64,000 bases of DNA from Polyangiales bacterium (GTDB taxonomy: Bacteria > Myxococcota_A > Polyangia > Polyangiales > Ga0077539). Positions within the stretch are counted from its first letter, which is position 1. Every line of letters starts with the position of its first letter. Under the pieces are notes generated by a model that saw only the letters and a program-made list of their open reading frames with translations, was not told the DNA's origin and searched no databases. Of this stretch, positions 1 through 9,794 are shown piece after piece. Both the position numbers and the translations under genes were made by a program. Where the stretch lies: NCBI GenBank assembly GCA_044229975.1, contig JBGARZ010000017.1, positions 64,001-128,000 of the forward strand. The letters are read 5' to 3'.

Positions 1-551
1 TCGAGCTCATCCAGGTACGGCTCTTCCGCGACCTGCCCGACGCGGCCGAGGCGCGCGCCGGGTACAGCAGCGTGCAGAAGCTGGTGGCCTTCGACATGGC
101 CATCGCCATCGACACCTACAACGAGGCCAACCTCCAGACCGTGGGGCGCCACCAGGCAGCCATCCGCGAACTCTCGACGCCGGTGATCCGGGTGCACGAC
201 GGGGTGCTGCTGCTGCCGCTCATCGGCACCATCGACAGCCAGCGCGCCCAGCAGGTGATGGAGACGGTGCTGGTGCGCGTCACCGAGGAGAAGGCCGAGG
301 CCATCATCATCGACATCGCGGGCGTTCCCGTGGTCGACACCAAGGTGGCCGACCACCTGCTCAAGACCACCGCGGCGGTGCGGCTGCTGGGCGCCCGCAC
401 CATCCTCACGGGCATCACCGCGCAGGTCGCGCGCACCATCGTGCAGCTCGGCGTGGACATCTCGGCGATGGAGACCCGGGCCCGCCTCGCCGACGGCATC
501 GAGCTGGCCCTCTCCATGGTCGGCAAGTCCATCGGTCCGAAGGGACGCTGA
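1..551 (+). CDS. rsbR: Stressosome sensor RsbR-like protein (globin-like sensor C-terminus + STAS), 5' partial
   Basis: Frame open from the window edge. KLVAFDMAIAIDTY resembles the last helix of sensor globins. It is followed by a STAS domain with ELSTPVI and VVDTKVA (conserved RsbR phospho-Thr motifs). Confidence 0.85.
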   Translation, partial: ELIQVRLFRDLPDAAEARAGYSSVQKLVAFDMAIAIDTYNEANLQTVGRHQAAIRELSTPVIRVHDGVLLLPLIGTIDSQRAQQVMETVLVRVTEEKAEAIIIDIAGVPVVDTKVADHLLKTTAAVRLLGARTILTGITAQVARTIVQLGVDISAMETRARLADGIELALSMVGKSIGPKGR

Positions 552-554
552 GCG

Positions 555-920
555 ATGCGCGGCCCGATCCCGATCCTGAAGGTGGGGCCCAACCTCCTCA
601 CCACCATCCACGTCGAGCTCAACGACTCGGTGGCCGAGGCGTTTCAGCGCGACGTGCTCAGCGCCATCGAGCGCACCAGCGCCGGGGGCCTGGTGATCGA
701 CATCTCCTCGCTGGAGGACGTCGACACCTACGTCGCGCGGCTGCTCGCCGAGACCGGCCGGATGGCGGCGCTCATGGGCACCCGCACCGTGCTGGTGGGC
801 ATGCGCCCGGAGGTGGCCGCGACGCTGGTGCGCATGGGCTACGCGATGGACGGCGTGGAGACGGCGCTGGACGTCGACCGCGGCATCGCGCGCCTCGCGG
901 CCCTGCGCGGAGGGGCGTAG
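555..920 (+). CDS. rsbS: Stressosome STAS protein RsbS
   Basis: 121 aa single STAS domain (IPILKV, GLVIDISSLEDVDTY, VGMRPEVAATLV) between rsbR and rsbT. Confidence 0.9.
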   Translation: MRGPIPILKVGPNLLTTIHVELNDSVAEAFQRDVLSAIERTSAGGLVIDISSLEDVDTYVARLLAETGRMAALMGTRTVLVGMRPEVAATLVRMGYAMDGVETALDVDRGIARLAALRGGA

Positions 921-928
921 GCGGGCCC

Positions 929-1345
929 ATGGCGGTGCAGATCATCGACGCGGTGGAGCTGCCCATCCGCTACGAGACGGACATCGCGGACGTGCGTCGC
1001 CGGGCGCGAGCGCTCGCTCAGGGACGGGGCTTCGACTCCTTCGCCACCGCGGCGCTCACCACCGCGGCCTCGGAGATCGCGCGCAACGTCTGGGTGCACG
1101 GCGGCGGCGGCACGGCCCTGCTGGAGGACCTCGCGGACGGTCACCGCGCGGGTGTGCGCCTGACCTTCATCGACGCAGGCCCTGGGATTGCGAATCTCGA
1201 CCGCGTGTTGGTCGGCGGCTTCAGCACGGTGCGCTCGCTCGGCCTCGGCGTGTCGGGTACGCGGCGGCTGGTGGACGAGTTCACCATCGAAACGGCGCCG
1301 GGCCGCGGCACCAAGGTGGTCATCACGAAATGGACGCGCTTCTAG
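929..1345 (+). CDS. rsbT: Stressosome Ser/Thr kinase RsbT
   Basis: TAASEIARN, DAGPGI, GGFST..LGLGVSGTRRLVDEF, GRGTKV.ITKW: GHKL RsbT signature. Confidence 0.9.
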   Translation: MAVQIIDAVELPIRYETDIADVRRRARALAQGRGFDSFATAALTTAASEIARNVWVHGGGGTALLEDLADGHRAGVRLTFIDAGPGIANLDRVLVGGFSTVRSLGLGVSGTRRLVDEFTIETAPGRGTKVVITKWTRF

Positions 1346-2349
1346 TCGAGCGGTGGCTGGGGGACGGGCCGCGGACCCCGATCTATGATCAGGCCTCGGT
1401 GTCCGTCGTTCGCGAGGCGGTGCGCGCGCTGGGCGTCCGGCTCGGGATGTCGGAGGTGGCGATCGGGTCGCTTGCGATCGTGGTGAGCGAGCTGGCGACC
1501 AATCAGCTCCGGCACGCGCGCGACGGCGCCATCGCGCTTCGCGCCGTGGAGCGCGGTGGGGTCCCGGGCGTCGAGGTGATCGCGGCCGACCGGGGCACCG
1601 GTATCCGCGACGCGGCGGAGGCCATGGACGGCGTGCCACGCACCCACGGGAGCCTCGGCATCGGCCTGTCGGGAGTGCAGCGGCAATCCGACGAGGTCGA
1701 CTTCGACGTGCGGCTGGGGCAGGGCACCTGCGTGCGCGCGCGGAAGTTCGCCGCTGCGGTGGCGCGGCGGCGCGAGGTGGCCGTCCTCGGGCGGAGCTTC
1801 GCGGGCGAGCCCGTGAGCGGCGACGACGCGACCTTCGAGCGGTCGGGTGACCTCCTGGTGCTGGCGCTGGCCGATGGCCTGGGCCACGGGCCTGAGGCGC
1901 TGGTGCCCGCGCGGCGGGCGATCGAGCTGGTGCACGGGGCGCCGGGCGTCGCTCCGGCGACGCTGCTGAGCGACGCGCACGAGGCGCTCCGGGGGTCGCG
2001 CGGCGCGGTGATGGCCGTGGCGCGCATCGACGAGGGGGCGTCGTCGCTCGCCCACGCCGCGGTCGGTAACGTCGTGACGCGCGTCCTCGGCGATCGCGCC
2101 AGCCGTACCTACGGCGACGTCCAGGGGGTGCTGGGGATGGCCGCCCCGCGCCCGCCCCGCGTCGTTGAAGAGGTGGGAGCGCTCGGGCCAAGGGACCTGC
2201 TCGTGATGTGCTCGGACGGCCTGCGCTCGCGCCTCGACCTGGGCGACACGCGGCACCTCGCGTCGCGGCACCCGCTCGTGACGGCCGAGCACATGCTGCG
2301 CCTCTTCGGGCGCGACAACGACGACGCCACGCTGATCGTTGTGCGCTGA
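1330..2349 (+). CDS. RsbT-like kinase domain fused to RsbX/SpoIIE-type PP2C phosphatase
   Basis: N-terminal SELATN, DRGTGI, GSLGIGL; C-terminal SGDD, ADGLGHG, CSDGL, DDAT. Confidence 0.85.
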   Translation: MDALLVERWLGDGPRTPIYDQASVSVVREAVRALGVRLGMSEVAIGSLAIVVSELATNQLRHARDGAIALRAVERGGVPGVEVIAADRGTGIRDAAEAMDGVPRTHGSLGIGLSGVQRQSDEVDFDVRLGQGTCVRARKFAAAVARRREVAVLGRSFAGEPVSGDDATFERSGDLLVLALADGLGHGPEALVPARRAIELVHGAPGVAPATLLSDAHEALRGSRGAVMAVARIDEGASSLAHAAVGNVVTRVLGDRASRTYGDVQGVLGMAAPRPPRVVEEVGALGPRDLLVMCSDGLRSRLDLGDTRHLASRHPLVTAEHMLRLFGRDNDDATLIVVR

Positions 2350-2356
2350 CGGGTCC

Positions 2357-3739
2357 CTACGGGGCGCCGCGGTCCTTCGGCGAGGTGCGACCGTACTCGT
2401 GGAGGCGGTACTGGATCGTACGGATGCTGAGGTCCAGCATCTCGGCGGCCTTCGCGGTGGAGCCGCCCACGGCGTCGAGCGTCGTCTCGATGGCGTGGCG
2501 CTCGATCTGCGCCATCGTCGACCCGGGGATCTGCACCCCCTGCCGACCCGCGACCGCCACCTGGATGGGGAGGTCGTCCTCGTCGATGAGTTCGCCCTCG
2601 GCGAGCACCACGGCGCGCTCGACGGCGTTCTCCAGCTCCCGCACGTTGCCCGGCCAGCGGTGCGACAGGAGCCTCGCCACGGCCCGGTCGGTGAAGCCCT
2701 CGATGGCCTTGCCGTTGTCGCCCGCGAAGCGCGCCAGGAAGTGCCGCGCCAGCGTGAGGATGTCGTTGTCGCGCGCCCGCAGCGGCGGCATCTCCACGTG
2801 CACCACGTTGAGGCGGTAGTAGAGGTCCTCGCGGAAGCGCCGGGCCTCGACCTCCGCGGGCAGGTCGCGGTTGGTGGCCGCGATGAGGCGCACGTCCACC
2901 TTCACGCTCTCGTTGCCGCCCACGCGCTCGAAGGTGCGCTCTTGCAGCACCCGCAAGAGCTTCACCTGGATGGCCATCGGGATCTCCCCGATCTCGTCGA
3001 GGAAGAGCGTCCCGCCGTGGGCCTGCTCGAAGCGCCCCACGCGCCGCCGGTCGGCGCCGGTGAAGCTCCCGCGCTCGTGGCCGAAGAGCTCGCTCTCCAG
3101 CAGCGTCTCGGCGAGCGCCGCGCAGTGCAGCGTCACGAAGGGTTTGCCCGCCCGTGGGCCGCGCGCGTGGATGGCCCGCGCCAGCTCCCCCTTGCCGGTG
3201 CCGCTCTCTCCCGTGATGAGCACCGTCGCCCGCGCCGGGGCGACCTGTGCGGCCACCTTGTAGACCTTCTGCATCGCGGGAGAGGCACCGATGAGGCCCT
3301 CCAGGCCCCGGGCGTCGCGCTCGCTGAGCTGCCGCCGCAGCTGGCTCGCCTCGGCGCGAACGTCGCGGTGCTCGATGGCGCGGTCGACGGCGACCTGGAG
3401 CTCGTCAAAATCGACGGGCTTCATCAGGTAGTGCTCGGCGCCCTGCCGCATCGCCGCGACGGCGGAGGCCACGTCGTGCGAGGCCGTCACCATGATCACC
3501 GGGAGGTCGGGGTACTGCGCGCGCAGCTTGCCCAGCAGCTCGATGCCGTCCATGCGGGGCATCTTCAGGTCGGTGACGACCACGTCGGGACAGGTCTCGG
3601 CGGCGCGCTCCAGCGCTGCCACGCCGTCGGCCGCGGTCTCGACCTCATAGCCCTCCAGGCGAAGCAGCTTTTCCAGCCCCGAGCGCGCCGCCTCCTCGTC
3701 GTCGACCACCAGAACCCTGATCTTCGATTTGCCGCTCAA
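2357..3739 (-). CDS. NtrC-family sigma54-dependent response regulator (REC-AAA+-HTH)
   Basis: VLVVDDE..DLKMP receiver; [30 protein letters not shown]-terminal HTH. TTG start at 3739 follows GGAGG. Confidence 0.93.
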   Translation of the reverse strand: MSGKSKIRVLVVDDEEAARSGLEKLLRLEGYEVETAADGVAALERAAETCPDVVVTDLKMPRMDGIELLGKLRAQYPDLPVIMVTASHDVASAVAAMRQGAEHYLMKPVDFDELQVAVDRAIEHRDVRAEASQLRRQLSERDARGLEGLIGASPAMQKVYKVAAQVAPARATVLITGESGTGKGELARAIHARGPRAGKPFVTLHCAALAETLLESELFGHERGSFTGADRRRVGRFEQAHGGTLFLDEIGEIPMAIQVKLLRVLQERTFERVGGNESVKVDVRLIAATNRDLPAEVEARRFREDLYYRLNVVHVEMPPLRARDNDILTLARHFLARFAGDNGKAIEGFTDRAVARLLSHRWPGNVRELENAVERAVVLAEGELIDEDDLPIQVAVAGRQGVQIPGSTMAQIERHAIETTLDAVGGSTAKAAEMLDLSIRTIQYRLHEYGRTSPKDRGAP

Positions 3740-3832
3740 GATTCCTCCATCACACCGCGTCGGTTGAACGAGCGCGCGGGCGGACGGTCGCACGGTGGAG
3801 CTGGACCGGACAACCGTGAACCCCACCCCGCC

Positions 3833-3868
3833 GCGCGCCGATTGCGCCCCTCAGCGCACCGCCTGCGC
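3833..3868. promoter_or_regulatory. Tandem activator sites GCGCA-N5-TGCGC
   Basis: GCGCGccgatTGCGC (3833) and perfect GCGCAccgccTGCGC (3854), 21 bp apart. Confidence 0.7.
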
Positions 3869-3899
3869 CGCGTCCCATCCACCTCCTTCCGGCGCAGGG

Positions 3900-3915
3900 C
3901 GGCACGGGGGCTGCG
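3900..3915 (+). promoter_or_regulatory. sigma54 promoter of CBS gene
   Basis: CGGCACGGGGGCTGCG (GG-N10-GC). Confidence 0.65.
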
Positions 3916-3928
3916 TTGGGTGCGGCCC

Positions 3929-4354
3929 ATGTCGAAGTCCATCCCAGCCATCCAGAAGTACATGACCACCGCGCCCCACTCGATCGGGGTCGATCAGCCG
4001 ATGAGCCGCGCGCACGCCGTGATGCGCGAGCACCGCATCCGGCACCTCCCGGTGCTCTCGGGCGGCCGCCTGATGGGCGTCGTCAGCGAGCGCGACCTCC
4101 ACATCATGGAGACGATCTCGGGGGTCGACCCTAGGACCGTCGGCGTCAACGAGGCGATGTCTACGGTCGTCTACGCGGTGCCGCCAGACGCGCCCCTCGA
4201 CGAGGTCGCCCTGGAGATGGCCGAACACCGGTACGGCTGCGTCGTGGTGATGGAGCACGAGAAGGTTGTCGGCATCTTCACCACCGTCGACCTCGCGCGC
4301 GTCCTCGCGGAGCTGCTCCAGGGCCGCCTGGGCAAGGAGGGGCGCGCGGCATGA
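3929..4354 (+). CDS. CBS domain pair protein
   Basis: YMT..P..IRHLPV..GVVSERDL..AMS..GCVVV..VVGIFTTVD; ATG at 3929 within the long track ORF. Confidence 0.88.
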   Translation: MSKSIPAIQKYMTTAPHSIGVDQPMSRAHAVMREHRIRHLPVLSGGRLMGVVSERDLHIMETISGVDPRTVGVNEAMSTVVYAVPPDAPLDEVALEMAEHRYGCVVVMEHEKVVGIFTTVDLARVLAELLQGRLGKEGRAA

Positions 4355-4362
4355 AGGCTGCT
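4347..4362 (+). promoter_or_regulatory. sigma54 promoter candidate for the SDR-kinase unit
   Basis: CGGCATGAAGGCTGCT, overlapping the CBS stop codon. Confidence 0.5.
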
Positions 4363-4403
4363 CAAGGACAGTCGTGTACAACCACGTTGAGGGAGATGCG
4401 AAC

Positions 4404-5162
4404 ATGAAGCGCTTCGAAGACAAGGTCGTGTTGGTGACGGGCGGCGGCGCGGGCATCGGCCGCGCGGCGGCCCTGGCCTTCGCGCGTGAGGGCGCCGCGG
4501 TGATGATCGGCGACCTGAGCGCCGAGGGAGAGGAGGTGCTCGGGGAGATCCGGGCGGCGGGGGGCTCCGCGCGCTTCATGCGCTGTGACGTCTCGGAGCC
4601 GTCGGCCGTCGAGGCGCTGGTGTCCGCCGCGGTCTCCACCTTCGGGGGCTTGGACGTAGCGTTCAACAACGCTGGCGTGGAGGGCGCCTCGGCGCCGACC
4701 GAGTCGTACCCCCTCGACGCCTGGAACCGCGTGATCGCCACCAACCTCACGGGGGTGTTCCTGTGCATGCGGGCGCAGATCCCCTACCTGCGCACGCGCG
4801 GCGGCGGGGCCATCGTCAACAACGCCTCCATCCTCGGTCACGTGGCCTTCGCCAACGCCCCCGCCTACGTCGCCGCCAAGCACGGGCTCATCGGGCTCAC
4901 CAAGGCTGCGGCTCTGGAGAACGCGCCTCACGGCGTGCGCGTCAACGCCGTCTGCCCGGCCTTCATCGACACCCCCATGCTCACCCGCGCCGGCCTCACC
5001 GCAGATCCCGCCGCCCGCGCGGCGGTCGAGGCGATGCACCCGGTCCACCGGCTCGGACGAGCCGAGGAGGTTGCGGCGGCCGTGCTCTGGCTCGCCTCGG
5101 CCGAGGCATCGTTCGTCACCGGGACCGCGATGCTGGTAGACGGCGGCTACGTCGCGCAGTAG
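4404..5162 (+). CDS. Short-chain dehydrogenase/reductase (classical SDR)
   Basis: TGGGAGIG, NNAG, YVAAK, VDGG motifs. Confidence 0.93.
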   Translation: MKRFEDKVVLVTGGGAGIGRAAALAFAREGAAVMIGDLSAEGEEVLGEIRAAGGSARFMRCDVSEPSAVEALVSAAVSTFGGLDVAFNNAGVEGASAPTESYPLDAWNRVIATNLTGVFLCMRAQIPYLRTRGGGAIVNNASILGHVAFANAPAYVAAKHGLIGLTKAAALENAPHGVRVNAVCPAFIDTPMLTRAGLTADPAARAAVEAMHPVHRLGRAEEVAAAVLWLASAEASFVTGTAMLVDGGYVAQ

Positions 5163-5179
5163 GCGCGACGGAACGCGAC

Positions 5180-6808
5180 ATGGCCGACCCGCCCGCCGAG
5201 ACCCTGTTCGGGGAGATGAAGCGCTACGTGCGCTTTTCGGACGACGACGCCCGCGCGCTGGCCGCCTTCGGCGAGGTCGCTGCGCCCCACTTCGAGCGCA
5301 TCGCGGCGGAGTTCTACGAGCGGGTGCGCGAGCACGAGGAGGCGCACGCGGTCTTCACCGGCGAGGCGCAGATCGAGCGGCTGCGGCGCACCCTGGTGCG
5401 CTGGATGGAGCGGCTCTGCTCCGGCCCCCACGACGAGGGCTACTACGCCGAGCGGGCTCGCATCGGTCGGGTCCATGTTCGCATCGGGCTCCCGCAGCGG
5501 TACATGTTCACGGCCATGGCGCTGATGCGCGGCGCCTTCGAGCACCTGGCCGAGGGGATGGCCGCGGGGGAGGCGACGGCAGCCCGCACGGCGCTCTCGC
5601 GGGTGCTCGACCTGGAGCTCGCCATCATGCTGGAGACCTACCGCGAGGACTATGTTGAGCGCCTCCAGCGCACCGCGCGGCAGGAGAACGACCGCCTGCG
5701 CGGCGAGCTCGCGCGCAGCGAGCACCGGGCCGCGAGCGCGGTCGCGTTCGCCCGGGTGATGGTGGTGGGGACGGACGCCGCGGGCGTGATCGTGCTCTTC
5801 AACCACGAGGCCGAACGGGTCACCGGCTACGCCGCGGACGAGGCGCTGGGCCGGGCCTTCGTCGACCTGCTCGTGCCCGAGTCGCTGCGCGACGGCGACG
5901 GCGACGACGCGCGCTTCCTGCGGGCCGCCGCGGGCTCCTCGTCGACCCCCGAGGTCTGGGATGCGCCGGTCCGGGTGCGCTCGGGTCGCGAACGACTGGT
6001 GCGTTGGCTCCTCTCGCCGGTGCCGCCCACGCCCGACGACACGGCCACGCTCTACGCCGTCGGCCGCGACGTTACGGACGAGAACGTCTTGTGGGAGCGG
6101 ACGCGCCAGAGTGAGCGCCTCGCCGCGGTGGGCACGCTCGCGGCGGGCCTCGCGCACGAGATCCGCAACCCCCTCAACGGCGCGCTGCTGCACGTCACCT
6201 ACCTGGAGCGCGCCCTGCGGCGCTCGGACGGCACCCCTGACGCCCTGGAGGCGGCGCGCTTCATCGGCGTCGAGATCCAGCGGCTGTCAGCGCTGGTGCG
6301 GGACTTCCTCGTCTTCGCGCGCCCCGCCCCGCCCGACCGCCGGGCCCGCTCGCTGCCGGAGGTCTGCCGGCGCGCGGCCGCGTTGGTGACCGGGGACGCC
6401 GAGCGTGCGAAGGCCGCCATCGCCCTCGACCTGCCCGCCGCCGACCTCATGGTCCAGATCGACGCCGACAAGATCGAGCAGGTGCTGCTGAACCTCCTGC
6501 GCAACGCCCTCGACGCCGTCGGCGGCGCGGGCGGCGGCCGGGTCACGCTGCGGGCGCGCCGGGAGCCGCGCCAGGCCCTCGTCGAGGTCGAGGACGACGG
6601 GCCGGGGCTCCCCTCGCCCGACGCGCCCATCTTCGACGCGTTCTACACGACCCGTCCGCAGGGCACCGGCCTCGGGCTCGCCATCGTGCACCGCGCGGTG
6701 AGCGACCACGGCGGGACCGTCGAGGTCGAGAGCCGCATGGGGCGCACCGTGTTCCGGGTGCACCTGCCGCTGGGGGGTGGAGCGACAGAGTCACCGGCGG
6801 CGCCCTGA
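5180..6808 (+). CDS. Protoglobin-PAS sensor histidine kinase (globin-coupled, likely O2 sensing)
   Basis: Globin FYE..GRVHVRIGL..LDLELAIMLETY; PAS FNHEAERVTGY; H-box AHEIRNPL; N-box NLLRNA; DDGPG and GTGLGL boxes. Confidence 0.9.
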   Translation: MADPPAETLFGEMKRYVRFSDDDARALAAFGEVAAPHFERIAAEFYERVREHEEAHAVFTGEAQIERLRRTLVRWMERLCSGPHDEGYYAERARIGRVHVRIGLPQRYMFTAMALMRGAFEHLAEGMAAGEATAARTALSRVLDLELAIMLETYREDYVERLQRTARQENDRLRGELARSEHRAASAVAFARVMVVGTDAAGVIVLFNHEAERVTGYAADEALGRAFVDLLVPESLRDGDGDDARFLRAAAGSSSTPEVWDAPVRVRSGRERLVRWLLSPVPPTPDDTATLYAVGRDVTDENVLWERTRQSERLAAVGTLAAGLAHEIRNPLNGALLHVTYLERALRRSDGTPDALEAARFIGVEIQRLSALVRDFLVFARPAPPDRRARSLPEVCRRAAALVTGDAERAKAAIALDLPAADLMVQIDADKIEQVLLNLLRNALDAVGGAGGGRVTLRARREPRQALVEVEDDGPGLPSPDAPIFDAFYTTRPQGTGLGLAIVHRAVSDHGGTVEVESRMGRTVFRVHLPLGGGATESPAAP

Positions 6809-7483
6809 TCAGGCGTCCGCGAAGCGGGGCCGGAGCACGTGGTTCTCCAGGTGGACGTGCGTGAAGACGTCGCGCTCGACCTGTGCGAGCTCGGAGAGGA
6901 GCGTGCGGTAGCTGTTGCACGCCCAGGCGGGCGGCGCGAACCCGTCGGCCGCGGCGTGAACCCTCTCCAGCAGCCCCGCCACCGCCAGGTGCTCGCCCTG
7001 CATCGCGGCGAGCCCCTCGGCCACCTCCGCCCGGTCGGTCCGCCTCGCGGTGAGCGCGGGGAAGAGGGTAGCCTCCTCGTCGTCGAGGTGAACCAGCAGC
7101 GCGGCGGAGAGCGCTTCCACCCCGGCCTTCAGTTCGCGGAGCTTCGGGTTGCGGTCGCCGTGGACTCGGCTCACCTTGGCAGCGAGGGCGCTGGCGAAGG
7201 GCAGCGCCCGGCGGAGGTACTCATGGTGCTTCGCGACGATGTGCGCGACGAGCCGCGGGGTGGAGAGCGTGCGCGGGTCGACCTGCGAGTCGCCGCGGCG
7301 CTCCGCGATGGCCGCGGACAGCTCCGCGACGAGGGCGTCGACGGCGAGGCCCCTCCCCTCCGCCGCTGCCTCGACGCTGATGTCACCGCGGCAGCAGAAG
7401 TCGATGCGGTTGCGCTGGAAGACCTCGGCGCACTCCGAGTGGTCGAGGACGAGGGAGGCGACGGTCTGTTGGCGATCGAGCAT
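6809..7483 (-). CDS. ric: Iron-sulfur cluster repair di-iron protein (Ric/YtfE/ScdA)
   Basis: IDFCCRG, HHEYLR, HLDDEE, ACNSYR, HVHLENHVL. Confidence 0.92.
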   Translation of the reverse strand: MLDRQQTVASLVLDHSECAEVFQRNRIDFCCRGDISVEAAAEGRGLAVDALVAELSAAIAERRGDSQVDPRTLSTPRLVAHIVAKHHEYLRRALPFASALAAKVSRVHGDRNPKLRELKAGVEALSAALLVHLDDEEATLFPALTARRTDRAEVAEGLAAMQGEHLAVAGLLERVHAAADGFAPPAWACNSYRTLLSELAQVERDVFTHVHLENHVLRPRFADA

Positions 7484-7513
7484 GGTCAGGAACTCCTTCC
7501 AGCGGCGATACCC

Positions 7514-7529
7514 AGCAGCGGTCGTACCA
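7514..7529 (-). promoter_or_regulatory. sigma54 promoter of ric
   Basis: Minus strand TGGTACGACCGCTGCT. Confidence 0.65.
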
Positions 7530-7571
7530 ACGCAGCAACCCCGGTCCCGACCCGCGGCGGGCGGCGCCCCG

Positions 7572-7607
7572 GCGAAGGTCTTGCGCCGGCCGGCGCAGAC
7601 CCTGCGT
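7572..7607. promoter_or_regulatory. Tandem GCGCA-N5-TGCGC-like sites upstream of ric
   Basis: GCGAAggtctTGCGC (7572) and GCGCAgacccTGCGT (7593), 21 bp apart. Confidence 0.6.
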
Positions 7608-7972
7608 CAGCAGCGGTCGTGGGGGTTGGGGAAGGCGTCGTCGTCGCTCTCGCCGCTGCGGGTCTTCAGGCAGGCGAAGTCCTTCTCGACGAGCACCCGC
7701 AGCGACGCTCCTTCCCCCACCGGCTGCGACCCCTCGATGGCCACACGGTCGGTCTCGCACCACTCCCGCGCGACGACCTCGGGGACGGTGACCACCACGC
7801 GCGCGCCGTCGAGCCGCGCCGACAGCGCGTCACCCAGCTCCAGCGCGTACGACAGCCGGGCGTCCGCGCCGAAGCGCACCGCCTCCTCAACGCGGCCGTC
7901 GCGCCCGAAGGCCTCCACCTCGCTGCGCGTCAGCCGCAGCCGCAACGAGTCTCCGCGCATCCTCAGCTTCAT
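7607..7972 (-). CDS. Conserved hypothetical protein
   Basis: MKLRMRGDSLRLRL...LVEKDFACL...DAFPNP; its ATG overlaps the mobA stop. Confidence 0.75.
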   Translation of the reverse strand: MKLRMRGDSLRLRLTRSEVEAFGRDGRVEEAVRFGADARLSYALELGDALSARLDGARVVVTVPEVVAREWCETDRVAIEGSQPVGEGASLRVLVEKDFACLKTRSGESDDDAFPNPHDRC

Positions 7973-8535
7973 CGTCGCTCCATGTCCTCGGGCGTGTCCC
8001 AGTCGTCGAGCAGCCGCTGCTCGCCCAGCGAGAGCGGCAGCTCCGCGGCGCCGAGCGCGTCGAGCAGCCCTTGTGTCGAGCGCGCCCCGGCCTCCAGACG
8101 GCTCAGCGCCGTGGGGAGCGCGCGCGGGGCGTCATAGCGGGCGAACATCGGCTCCCAACGCCCGCCGCGCCGGGCGGCCACGGCGGGGCCCGGGGCGTCG
8201 GCCGCGAGGAGGGCGCCGAGCAGCGCGCGCGTGACGAAGGGCATGTCGCAGCCGAGGGCGACGCACCGGCCCCCACCGGCCCGGCGGAGCAGCGCCACGA
8301 GCCCTCCCAGCGGGCCGACGCCGGCGGGTTCGTCGTCGAGGGTCTCCACGCCGAGGTGCGCGTACTCGGGACGCCGGCCGACCAGCACGCAGGGGACCGA
8401 GAGCGCCACGCAGTGCCCCCGCAGCCCCTCGACCAGCGCCGCCCCGGTGGGCCCCGGAAGGAGCCCCTTCGGGCGGCCGCCGAAGCGGACAGAGGCGCCG
8501 CCGACGAAGATCCCTGCGACGACCGCGTGCGTCAT
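7969..8535 (-). CDS. mobA: Molybdenum cofactor guanylyltransferase
   Basis: GGASVRFGGRPKGLL, GPLGGL, GCDMPF, EPMFARY, DTPED; ATG 8535 overlaps the upstream stop. Confidence 0.82.
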   Translation of the reverse strand: MTHAVVAGIFVGGASVRFGGRPKGLLPGPTGAALVEGLRGHCVALSVPCVLVGRRPEYAHLGVETLDDEPAGVGPLGGLVALLRRAGGGRCVALGCDMPFVTRALLGALLAADAPGPAVAARRGGRWEPMFARYDAPRALPTALSRLEAGARSTQGLLDALGAAELPLSLGEQRLLDDWDTPEDMERR

Positions 8536-9572
8536 CGCTCGCGCCACGCCTTCGGGAGGTTCGTCGCCATGCCCGCGAAGGCGAGGGCCCAGGCCGCCAG
8601 GGCGACGAACACGAAGGCCCTGGGGATGGCGAAGAGGAAGGGCGCGTCCACGGCGCGGGAGAGCCGGGCCGTCGCCGCGGTGTACATCCCGAGCGGGAAG
8701 ACTGCGCCCCAATAGAGCGCGTCGTAACGCAGCGGGAAGCGCTTGTAGACGTGCCGCCACGCGCCCAGCACGAGCAGCATCGGGATCCACCAGGTGGCCG
8801 TCGACCACCACAGGAGCGTGAAGCCGCGCACGAAGGGAAGCACCTGCGTGAGCACGGGCGAGTGCGCCGCCGCCGCGACCAGCGACGCGCCTGCGAGGGT
8901 GGTGATGGCCGCGGCGCCCATGTTGACCCAGTAGGGCGGCGCGAGGTCGGAGGGCGCGAGGGTAAAGAAGGTGTAGCGGTAGAAGATGAGCGCGATGATC
9001 CAGAGGTAGAGCATCGCGCCGCCGAGCCACATCGCGAGGCAGAAGAAGAGCGCCTCGGCCCGGTGCGACGCGAAGCCTGGCGCGAGCTGCGCGCCGAGGG
9101 CGGCCACCGACTGCGCCGCGACGACGGAGACGAGCCAGCCACCGTTGATGCCCTCGGCGAGCGAGGGCTTCTCGGGCTTCACCGTGAGGAGCGCGAACAC
9201 CCCGTAGGTGAGCGCCGCCCAGAGCGCGATGCCAAACCCCCAGAGGGCCGCCGCGGCGCGCGGGGCGTCGCCCACCAGGAGGCACTGCGAGCCCAGCACG
9301 GAGGTGGCCGCGACGGCGGTGAAGAAGCCCACCGAGCGGCCGTGGTGCAGCAGGTCGGCGACCACGCGGTCGCGGTGGAGGGCCACGCGCGCCAGGGTGA
9401 GCGCCCACACCGCGGGGTAGAGGGCGAGGTTGAGCGCGAAGAGGGCGGCGGCGAGGGTGCGGTAGCCGACGAGGTGCGACGCGACGGAGACGATGCCCGT
9501 GGCCATCACGAGCGCGAACTGCGCCGGGTGCATGGTCGCGAGGGACCCGGAGGGTGCGTCGCGGGCCGTCAT
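8532..9572 (-). CDS. TDT/SLAC1-family anion channel (tellurite resistance/C4-dicarboxylate type)
   Basis: FALVMATGIVS, PPYWVNMGAAAITTLAG, YWGAVFPLGMY; about 10 hydrophobic segments. Confidence 0.88.
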   Translation of the reverse strand: MTARDAPSGSLATMHPAQFALVMATGIVSVASHLVGYRTLAAALFALNLALYPAVWALTLARVALHRDRVVADLLHHGRSVGFFTAVAATSVLGSQCLLVGDAPRAAAALWGFGIALWAALTYGVFALLTVKPEKPSLAEGINGGWLVSVVAAQSVAALGAQLAPGFASHRAEALFFCLAMWLGGAMLYLWIIALIFYRYTFFTLAPSDLAPPYWVNMGAAAITTLAGASLVAAAAHSPVLTQVLPFVRGFTLLWWSTATWWIPMLLVLGAWRHVYKRFPLRYDALYWGAVFPLGMYTAATARLSRAVDAPFLFAIPRAFVFVALAAWALAFAGMATNLPKAWRER

Positions 9573-9793
9573 CCCAGCGAGTCGAGGTGGCGGAGCAGGC
9601 CGAGGTTGAGCAGCAGGCACGCGAGGCTCGCGGCCAGCGCCGGCCACACGACCGCGGCGTCGCCGCCGAGCCAGGCGTTCATCGTGGCGGTGAGCAGCCA
9701 GAGCTGCAGCACCACGAGCGTCAGCACGAAGCAGAGCACCCCGTAAACGACGGTGGTGCGCTGGGCCCGGGTGAGGTGCCGCTTCAGCCCCAA
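9569..9793 (-). CDS. Small two-TM membrane protein (DUF6755-like)
   Basis: LQLWLLTATMNAWLGG motif; tightly coupled between the Rieske and TDT genes. Confidence 0.7.
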   Translation of the reverse strand: MGLKRHLTRAQRTTVVYGVLCFVLTLVVLQLWLLTATMNAWLGGDAAVVWPALAASLACLLLNLGLLRHLDSLG

Positions 9794-9794
9794 G

